From an uncultured bacterium (GTDB taxonomy: Bacteria; Verrucomicrobiota; Kiritimatiellia; RFP12; UBA1067): a stretch of 64,000 nt of DNA. Under the pieces are notes generated by a model that worked only from the letters and a program-made list of their open reading frames with translations, was not told where the DNA came from and searched no databases. A program made the translations under genes and the position numbers. The stretch is taken from the NCBI GenBank assembly GCA_902801025.1, contig CADCGZ010000004.1, positions 5,568-69,567 of the forward strand, given 5' to 3'. Within the stretch, counting starts at the first letter, position 1, and each line of letters starts with the position of its first letter. Positions 39,501-45,947 of the stretch are shown in pieces.

Positions 39501-41113
39501 GAACGCTGCGCTACACGGGTTCTGGAGAGGTTGTCTTTGACGCCGCCCTGCGCATCGCGGCGGGCGCGAAGAAGCAGCAGGTGATTCTCGACAACGAGGG
39601 TGACATGACGTTCAAGTCGACGGAATACGTTCAGGGCGGATTCGTCAAGACGGGCGTCGGCACGCTCACGTTCGCTTTGCCCGCCGGCAAGTTCGCCCTG
39701 GGCAGCGGCGATTCAAGCGAAGACATCGGTGCCAACGCCGGTCAGGTCAGTCTGCCCGCGAACGGCGATTCGCCTACGTCCAACGACGGGCTCTACGGCG
39801 TTACCGTGCTTGAAGGCATGCTCAAGGTCGTTGGAGAAGGCAGGGACGTGACTACTCTCGAGACGCGCAACCGCGCGCTGCTCGGCGGTGGATATCCGGC
39901 GGAGACCGCGGCTAAGCTCGTCGTCGAGAATGCACGCGTCAACTGGGGAGCAGGATCGCGCACGGCTACGTTCTGCCACGACGTGCCCGCAGACCGTCCT
40001 TCGCCTGAAATCTGCCTCACGAACGCCATGCTTTGGAGCGATTCTCCGATGCTCGGATACTATGCGTATGGGAATAATGCCATGGTGAAGCTGTCGATGA
40101 AGGATTCCGAGTACTACGGACACTACAACTCGCGTGTCGGATCCGGCACGGTCGGAGTGATGGTCGACGCGGACAATTCGCAGATGCACAGCGACGGACA
40201 GGTCGGTTGGGCGATTAACGCGAAGACGATCCAGGCCGACTTCCACGGCGCGGACGCGGAATTCGGATCGTTCGACAAGACCCAGACTGCCGACAACAGC
40301 AACGGCGGGCGTTTCGTCGCGGCCGGCAATACGACGGGACTGATCCAGCTCCGCGAAGGCGCGCGGATGAAGACGACACGCGGCATTGTGTTCAACAACA
40401 GCGAAATTGCGGTCGTCTTCGACGGCGGCATCTTCGAGATCGTTCCGCACAACACGCTTCTCAACACCACCTCCACATGGACGAACGTGCAGGGTGGATT
40501 TACGACGCAGGGCTCGGGATTGACCGTCGACATCTGCGAAGGATCTACGCACGCGCTCAATTTCCCCGTCAAGGGAACGGGCAAGGTCGTCAAGACCGGC
40601 GAGGGCACATTTGAACTCGTTTCGGCGCGCGCAGAGGGCGAGAAGCTCCTCCAGTACACCGGCGGGACGGTCGTCTCGAACGGCACGTTCGTGATCGACG
40701 GATCGCTCGTCGCGGACGGCGCGAAGTCGTTCGAGGTCGCCGAGGGTGCGATACTCGACCTGAACGAGACGACGCTTGAGGGCGCGACGATCGCCGGCGC
40801 AGGCGTCGTCACGAACGGCACGCTTTCGGCGGCGACGATCGCCTATGGTGAAGACGCGCTGCCGACGTTCACTGATGTAACTTTCGACGGAACGCTGACT
40901 GTCGACTTCGACAAGACCGACGAGGATACGCTCGACAAGACTGCGGCGAAGGCCGGAATCGTCGTCGCGCGCTATACTGGCGAAGCGCCGGCCAATCTCA
41001 GGGTCAAGTCCGTCAACACGGGCATCGAGCGCGTCAGGACCGCCGTCGTCTGCGAGGGTGGAGACGTAATCGCGAAGATGACCCAGTCTGGCTTTTCCGT
41101 TGTCATCCGCTGA
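36587..41113 (+). CDS. Giant exported PATR (autotransporter-associated beta-strand repeat)/beta-helix surface protein, paralog 1
   Basis: About 1508 aa from ATG 36587. Signal RCLAAAAFAGMAAFSAGAA, N-terminal W..NGS..DPSNWGG motif, and repeated KTG(T/S/V/E)G(T/K)L-type units (VKTGTGTLKAN, KKTGSGKLVVDG, VKTGVGTLTF, VKTGEGTFEL). Composition is N/G/T-rich. The GTG 36560 start in the track would include the SD. Confidence 0.85.
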   Translation: MKHAQVKKHPEFVPSMRCLAAAAFAGMAAFSAGAANKFWTPQNGSTDISDPSNWGGALPGNGDLMMFRGNDGLSGDYAVRIPAATAENPYQSKAGVFFGNLNDGQTVTIDATGTSWLVMRDDGQPWGYPMRAWLSDHIFDIDSAGDASKPANDFAFSFSNGTMTFKRDSANGSALVFNGDFNMAVAPDGTENAHRTVLFHDVNANSKNSKIIFHSGESTLRWIQFRGKTEGNEFRVDGGRLHVLSGLVINEDSANYTTDAYMHVTGDGQVSVDSGALWIGRNNDGRGVLRIDGNGKFTMTDGTIVTYFPDGAAQTGLLSIGGNGEWNSVKNINVGNNGGTADILVEGNGFFNHSGWFNFGSHNGSHVSLTMKDQARAIVTSAAMVKDAGSGSTRTGVVDLSGDSVLQIASNDQWANSAGSDLTLNMTNNATLKAKKANGERHLIFGNNNGADIKLNLAGGTICDYDGNELIHLQLKGGAQSVYNFSGVTVNTENFIIEGKQDTSAPDAWHIAHQTAGTISVRWHGSGDGLDIRGGNGRNCMYLLEGGTLNVGNMIRVGHNVTDSSKQWRSVFRQTGGQANISANVNMCDSATMAEFELLGGRTRLYSLRGWSQSVARKAGGAWATALFDGGTIEPWANGNTTIYTMPELRLGANGLTFDTLAYDNISIDAKFQNEGEGTDDEAEGLFVKTGTGTLKANMLETNGLYVDRDIRSYHSRTRIDQGKLILTKAADVAFGKNITVKGGATLSLEGTAATLTVDTITLGDGHGFAVLKLDAGDTVVVEAANGVTANCGAIDVPWKSTDGNHAVFTCKQSVQVGELDKIAVHDGDATKDYAWTTEVDNDTGYTICSVTVAPKGTLTKTITYSSGAVTTNGTGKVSGIIAEETGTQSGELVLSSTASVSVDADQTMTLNGPLVGTGVELKKTGSGKLVVDGSNPDFYGSFASGGGAFEVLSAAGFGANPVNFPLVLGGGTLRYTGSGEVVFDAALRIAAGAKKQQVILDNEGDMTFKSTEYVQGGFVKTGVGTLTFALPAGKFALGSGDSSEDIGANAGQVSLPANGDSPTSNDGLYGVTVLEGMLKVVGEGRDVTTLETRNRALLGGGYPAETAAKLVVENARVNWGAGSRTATFCHDVPADRPSPEICLTNAMLWSDSPMLGYYAYGNNAMVKLSMKDSEYYGHYNSRVGSGTVGVMVDADNSQMHSDGQVGWAINAKTIQADFHGADAEFGSFDKTQTADNSNGGRFVAAGNTTGLIQLREGARMKTTRGIVFNNSEIAVVFDGGIFEIVPHNTLLNTTSTWTNVQGGFTTQGSGLTVDICEGSTHALNFPVKGTGKVVKTGEGTFELVSARAEGEKLLQYTGGTVVSNGTFVIDGSLVADGAKSFEVAEGAILDLNETTLEGATIAGAGVVTNGTLSAATIAYGEDALPTFTDVTFDGTLTVDFDKTDEDTLDKTAAKAGIVVARYTGEAPANLRVKSVNTGIERVRTAVVCEGGDVIAKMTQSGFSVVIR

Positions 41114-41140
41114 CGGGTAAGATGGCAGAAAGACTAAAGC

Positions 41141-41168
41141 GACAGCGCGGCAAATGTGCCGCGCTGTC
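41141..41168 (+). terminator. Intrinsic terminator hairpin
   Basis: GACAGCGCGGCA-aatg-TGCCGCGCTGTC (12-bp stem) followed by GTTGTTTGG. Confidence 0.7.
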
Positions 41169-41208
41169 GTTGTTTGGTACACTGCATGCAATATAGGCAA
41201 GGAGACGG

Positions 41209-41274
41209 TTGCGCAATTTTCACGGTGTTTTTTGCGCGGATTTGACTCTACATCTGCGATGTCTTTGCTATAAT
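41209..41274 (+). promoter_or_regulatory. Activator-type promoter (duplicate of 36493-36558)
   Basis: TTGCGCaattTTCAC (41209-41223), TTGCGCggatTTGAC (41232-41246), 22 nt, TATAAT (41269-41274). Confidence 0.55.
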
Positions 41275-41302
41275 AGTGGCAAACATCGACAAGGAGGATC
41301 GT

Positions 41303-44300
41303 ATGAAACTTATGCGCAGCAAATCGTATGCAAAATTCATCTCATCAATAACAGGTCATTTTGGTGGTCGGATTTCTGCAAGCTACGCACTATTCGCCTT
41401 TCTCGGCGCAGTGTTGCCGACGGCCTCGTTCGCGCTGACTGAGGTCAAGTGGACCAATTCCTCGGGCGGATCGTTCCTCGAGCCGACGAACTGGAACGGC
41501 GGCGAGTTGCCTGTCGGCGGGACGAGCAAGGGAACACTTGACCTCGATGCCGGTTACACGGTGACGTTCCCGGCCGGCGAAACCGCCAGCTTCTCTCCGC
41601 AGTTCAAGACGCCATCCAACGCTGCGGGCGCGACCGAGCTGAAGAAGCTTGTCCTTGACTTCCAGGGGCCCTTCGAGTGGACTGACTCCGAGTCGGAAAT
41701 CTACGAAGGCGAGCCGTTTAAGTTCTATTCGAATGGAGGGCATTTCTTCAACTGGGAGAGCTGGAACAAGAAGATTGGCCCGGCGGTCGTGACAAATGCA
41801 TTGGTCTCGCTCTGGGTCGACAAAGAGAAGAACAACAAGGACAGCATCCACATGCGCATCGAACGAGGCGCATTCAACATGCGAAAGGACAAGCAGAACG
41901 GCAAGATAGTAATCGGACATGGTGCCCCGGAAAACAACGCCCTTGAAGTCGTCTACGACAACTGCGCGACGGGAGTGTACGGCTACGTCGATATGCGCAT
42001 GAGGGCCTCCGACTCGCTGTTTGCCGTTAGGGGCGGGTCATGGGTTTCGTTCTCAAACGATTTCGATTTCCCCGGTGTTACTGAAGACACCTATTATACC
42101 AACCGGGTGGAGGTCTCTGGCGAAGGTTCATACCTCTACGCTGGTGCATTCCGCTTCCTTCACGGGAAATGCCCCAATCGCGACATCGGCGTCGTTGTCA
42201 AGGAAGGCGGCGTCTTCGAGGTTGGCGAACTGCGGCAGCAGTCGTCGTCTGCCGGATGGATCAACGTGACTGACGGCGGCGTTCTGCGGCTCAGGAGCAC
42301 CGGCGGCAACTTCATGAAGCAGGCGGACAGCACCATCGACCTCTGCGTTACGAACAACGGCGTGCTGGAGTTGGCCGGCAACGGTAGGTGGGGTTGGAAC
42401 GAGTGGAACGACACGTGCAAGGTCAACCTACACACGGCGGGTGGAACTGTCCGCCTTCCGTCGGGCAACAACTTCAACTGGAACCGTGACTGGATCGTGG
42501 AGGAAGGAACAGACATAGTCATCGACGGTAACCTATATCTGTCGACGTCCGTCACGAACAACGATCTCGGCATCACGGTCGACTTTTCGGCGTCGGGCGC
42601 GCGCGGTTCGGGTTCGTTGTACCCCGGCAACAACTATCCGTGCAAGCTTGTGATTACGAACAACGTTGTCGACGTACACTATGTCAAATCCGCCAACCAG
42701 GAGGCTGCCGCGACCGAGATACTCGTCGGCGGCACTGGACGCCTGCGCACGGACGGTCTTGACATCGGAATACTGGGCACGGCTACGTTGAACATCCGCG
42801 ACGAAGGCGTTGCCGATGTTGGGTACTGCCGTATCGGCTACGGAACTGCCAACACCGACCGCGAAGTGGTTGTCAACATCGAGGGCGGACGGCTCGTCTG
42901 CACGAACAGCCAGATCAACGTCTGCGACGCGCAGCGCATCTGCCGCATCAACCTGACGGGCGGCGAACTCTATTCAAAGCAGACGCTTGGATGGAACAAT
43001 GCCCACTACCACAATCCGGGCGGGTACGGCTATGCCTACTTTGTCGGCAACGGCGGCACGCTGAAGGCACCGACCTCCAACAACGACAACTTCTTCGGCG
43101 CATTCGACGACGCGAAGGTCGGCGCAAAGGGGCTCACGGTCGATTCCGACTATACGGTCGGAATCCGCCAGACGTTCGCCAACCTCGACAACGAGAGCGG
43201 AAAGATCGTCTTCATCGGCGCAGGGACGAAGCGGATTCTTGCGACGGCATGGAACGGCTACACGCCCGGCACGTCCACCCACTCTTATACGGTCGTGGCC
43301 GGCGGCACGCTTCTTTTCGAGACGGGTGCGGACTGGCAGACCCATCTCGTCGTGACGAACGGCGCAACAGCTTCGACCGTCGGCGGCTGCACGGGCCTCA
43401 CGCTCAAGGGGTTGACGCTTGGCGACGCGGACACGGTGGGAACATTGGCCGTAGATCCGGCGGATGTCATTGTGGTCGACGGACCCGTTTCGCTTCCGAA
43501 CGGCAGCCTCTCGTTCTCGGCCAACATGGCCAACGGCACATACGGAATTCTCAAGGTGAAGGATCCGGAGACGAACTTCCCGGTGGCTGAGCAGAAGGCG
43601 TGGGCGAAGATGATGATCTCGGCCGGTCGTGGAAGCGGGCACAGCTACACATTCGAGACTTCGGTCGACGAGACGACTGGCGACATGACGCTTTCGGTTG
43701 TCGTGGATGATGTCAAGGATATCACGGGAGATGCCGTTTGGACAGGCGCGAACGGAACGGCATGGTCCGACGGCTCAAACTGGGGTTCTGCCGCGAAGCC
43801 AGGTGTGCTCGACTCCGCCGTGTTCTCGTCTGAGACGGCTTCGGCGTCAGTTTCGCTTGGAACGGACGAACTGATTGGCGCGGTCGAGTTCTCGGCTGAA
43901 CAGTCCTATGCGATCTCCGGCAGCGGTTCGCTCGCGTTCTCCGATTCCGGGAATGCCTCGATCACGGTGACGAAGGGAAGCCATGAGATATCGGCACGCC
44001 TCGACAATTCCTTCCCGCTCCCTGTCGTAACCGCTGAGGGGGCCAAGGTGACGGTTTCGGGGGCGATGAGGCCTGCTGGCCTTGTCAAGTCCGGTGACGG
44101 CAACCTCACGTTGACGCAGAACAAGGTAGACGCGCTCACACTTTCCGACGGCGTCGTCACGTTCGCTGGCAGTGGCGAGAAGACGGTCTCGAGCCTTTCG
44201 CTTGGTGCGGCGTCCAAGAACCGCCAGGTCGGAATCAAGACCGACGTCGCAACGACGGTGAAGGAGTTCTCGCCAACTGCTGGCCTGGTCGTCAAGGCTG

Positions 44301-45829
44301 GCGGACAGCCGCTTGTGATCGAATCCAAGTGGGTGGACTTCGCCCCGGCGGAAGGTCCCTCTGGCAACAACGCCTACTCGACGGACTACACCTTCAGCGA
44401 GACGGGTGGCGTCACCCAGGCCGGTGCGGCGGTCGTCGTTACCGAGGGCAACCTCACCTTGCGCGGCACGGCGGCTTCGCCGGCAAACGCGATGTTCGCC
44501 ACTGTGCACAACGTCATGGTCGGCGTCCGGAACAAGGACTGCTCGGTTGATCCGTCATTCACGCTCGACGGCGCGCGGCTCCACGCCGACAAGCATACGC
44601 GCATAGGCGCGGCGTACGACAAGGACGGCGCCGGGTGGCAGACGGCGTCGATAACCATCGACAATGGCTCCTATGCACGCTTCGACACGATGCATATCGG
44701 CGGCGACATCGGCAACGTCGATCTCGACAACCCGCCGCATGTCTACATCACCGTCGACCACGCGAGCCGCATCTCGGCATGGTATTCGTTCAACATCAAT
44801 AATTCCGGTCGTAGCGACAGGCTCCCGAAGATGCTTGTGAATATGCTTGTCGACCACGGATCGGAGCTTGTCGACTATACCGGCAACAACGGCGTGTTGA
44901 TCAAGGCTCCCGGCGTGGATGTGAAGTTTGACAATCATTCAGTCTTCGGACGCCAGACAGCCGATTGGAGCGCGGCCGTGAATCCCGGACGGATCACCTT
45001 CGAAGGTGAATCCTTCGACGACCATGTCCGGTTCTACAACGGCTCGCGTTTCCTCTGCTCAAACTTGCTCTACAATGCCACGGCTGACTGGGCCACGAAC
45101 AATCTCCACTTCGCGGACGGCGAGTGGTTCGCCGGCGATGCAGACTTCGACTTCGCGTTTAAGAACGGACACAGGATCGCGGTTCACGCCGAGGGTGCGG
45201 GCCTCAAGCTCAATCCGCCGGAAAACAGGACATGGACGATGCACACGATACTGACTGGAACCGATGTGGTGAAAGGCGGAGAAGGCACGCTTGTCTTCGA
45301 TGTTGCGAAGTATCTGAACAACAGCACGGATGTGTCGTCGTTGACCGTAAACGCACGGCAGTCTGCGACGCTCGCGATCACCGGGAAGCTCGACGTCAAG
45401 GCGGGCCAGGTCGAAATCGCGGACGGCGCGGCCGTTTCTGGCGACTGTGCGCTCGCCGTCGCGTCCGGCGCAACGGTGGACTTGGGCGGCAACGCCGTCT
45501 CGTTCACGGCGCTCTCCGGCGCGGGAACCGTCACGAACGGCACGCTTTCGACGACGCTGGAATATGGCGACGGAACGGTGCTGCCGACGCTCAATGGCGT
45601 AGACGGTACGCTAACCGTCGACTTCGGTCGTACGGCGGAGAATCCGCTCGACATGGCTGCGGCGAAGGCCGGAATCGTCGTCGCGCACTACACGGGCGAC
45701 GCACCTGTGAATCTTAAGGTTAGGGCAGTCAACACCGGCATCGCGCGCGCCAGGGCGACTGTTGCATGCGAAAACGGTAACGTTTTGGCGAAGATGACCC
45801 AGACCGGATTCCTGGTGTTCATCCGCTGA
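41303..45829 (+). CDS. Giant exported PATR/beta-helix surface protein, paralog 2
   Basis: About 1508 aa from ATG 41303. Hydrophobic signal ASYALFAFLGAVLPTASFA and the W.NSSGG...EPTNWNGG motif. A second WTGANGTAWSDGSNWG motif occurs mid-protein. PATR-like units include VKSGDGNLTL and VKGGEGTLVF. The C-terminal ~105 aa are homologous to paralog 1. Confidence 0.85.
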   Translation: MKLMRSKSYAKFISSITGHFGGRISASYALFAFLGAVLPTASFALTEVKWTNSSGGSFLEPTNWNGGELPVGGTSKGTLDLDAGYTVTFPAGETASFSPQFKTPSNAAGATELKKLVLDFQGPFEWTDSESEIYEGEPFKFYSNGGHFFNWESWNKKIGPAVVTNALVSLWVDKEKNNKDSIHMRIERGAFNMRKDKQNGKIVIGHGAPENNALEVVYDNCATGVYGYVDMRMRASDSLFAVRGGSWVSFSNDFDFPGVTEDTYYTNRVEVSGEGSYLYAGAFRFLHGKCPNRDIGVVVKEGGVFEVGELRQQSSSAGWINVTDGGVLRLRSTGGNFMKQADSTIDLCVTNNGVLELAGNGRWGWNEWNDTCKVNLHTAGGTVRLPSGNNFNWNRDWIVEEGTDIVIDGNLYLSTSVTNNDLGITVDFSASGARGSGSLYPGNNYPCKLVITNNVVDVHYVKSANQEAAATEILVGGTGRLRTDGLDIGILGTATLNIRDEGVADVGYCRIGYGTANTDREVVVNIEGGRLVCTNSQINVCDAQRICRINLTGGELYSKQTLGWNNAHYHNPGGYGYAYFVGNGGTLKAPTSNNDNFFGAFDDAKVGAKGLTVDSDYTVGIRQTFANLDNESGKIVFIGAGTKRILATAWNGYTPGTSTHSYTVVAGGTLLFETGADWQTHLVVTNGATASTVGGCTGLTLKGLTLGDADTVGTLAVDPADVIVVDGPVSLPNGSLSFSANMANGTYGILKVKDPETNFPVAEQKAWAKMMISAGRGSGHSYTFETSVDETTGDMTLSVVVDDVKDITGDAVWTGANGTAWSDGSNWGSAAKPGVLDSAVFSSETASASVSLGTDELIGAVEFSAEQSYAISGSGSLAFSDSGNASITVTKGSHEISARLDNSFPLPVVTAEGAKVTVSGAMRPAGLVKSGDGNLTLTQNKVDALTLSDGVVTFAGSGEKTVSSLSLGAASKNRQVGIKTDVATTVKEFSPTAGLVVKAGGQPLVIESKWVDFAPAEGPSGNNAYSTDYTFSETGGVTQAGAAVVVTEGNLTLRGTAASPANAMFATVHNVMVGVRNKDCSVDPSFTLDGARLHADKHTRIGAAYDKDGAGWQTASITIDNGSYARFDTMHIGGDIGNVDLDNPPHVYITVDHASRISAWYSFNINNSGRSDRLPKMLVNMLVDHGSELVDYTGNNGVLIKAPGVDVKFDNHSVFGRQTADWSAAVNPGRITFEGESFDDHVRFYNGSRFLCSNLLYNATADWATNNLHFADGEWFAGDADFDFAFKNGHRIAVHAEGAGLKLNPPENRTWTMHTILTGTDVVKGGEGTLVFDVAKYLNNSTDVSSLTVNARQSATLAITGKLDVKAGQVEIADGAAVSGDCALAVASGATVDLGGNAVSFTALSGAGTVTNGTLSTTLEYGDGTVLPTLNGVDGTLTVDFGRTAENPLDMAAAKAGIVVAHYTGDAPVNLKVRAVNTGIARARATVACENGNVLAKMTQTGFLVFIR

Positions 45830-45851
45830 CGGTTAGATGGCAGGAAGACCA

Positions 45852-45887
45852 AAGCGACCGCGCGGCACATTTGCCGCGCGGTCGCTT
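45852..45887 (+). terminator. Terminator-like hairpin
   Basis: AAGCGACCGCGCGGCA-catt-TGCCGCGCGGTCGCTT (16-bp stem). The T-run (ATTATTTTT) starts only about 6 nt later, so intrinsic termination is plausible but not classical. Confidence 0.55.
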
Positions 45888-45941
45888 CACGATTATTTTT
45901 GCGTGTAATTCACGGTGCGGACGGCTTGAATTTGCTATTAT
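45876..45941 (+). promoter_or_regulatory. Activator-type promoter, leaderless transcript predicted (GH43 operon)
   Basis: Degenerate distal copy GCGCGGtcgcTTCAC (45876-45890, inside the terminator arm), proximal TTGCGTgtaaTTCAC (45899-45913), 22 nt, TGcTATTAT (-10 at 45936-45941). ATG 45948 is 6 nt later. Confidence 0.5.
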
Positions 45942-45947
45942 TATAAC

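Larger units (their letters stand above)
36493..45887 (+). repeat. Tandem duplication of a complete promoter-gene-terminator cassette (2 units, 4,716-nt period)
   Basis: The operator, -10 box, SD, ATG and stop of unit 1 (36493, 36553, 36575, 36587, 41113) recur at +4716 (41209, 41269, 41291, 41303, 45829). The 5' 101 nt differ at 3 positions. The 3' coding end and terminator are also similar, while the core is diverged. Confidence 0.85.

Noticed and set aside
36560-45829. Identical ORF length (1517 codons each) as evidence of a very recent duplication or a gap-free alignment
   Set aside because: The N-terminal NW(G/N)GG motif is offset by 10 residues between the copies, and a 2-residue indel precedes the C-terminal module. 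The equal length therefore results from compensating indels. It is noted as curious but not used as evidence.
36587-45829. Classical type Va autotransporters
   Set aside because: No C-terminal beta-barrel translocator domain of about 250-300 aa is apparent, and the proteins end in ...V.IR rather than an aromatic residue. Only the passenger-type PATR repeats are present.
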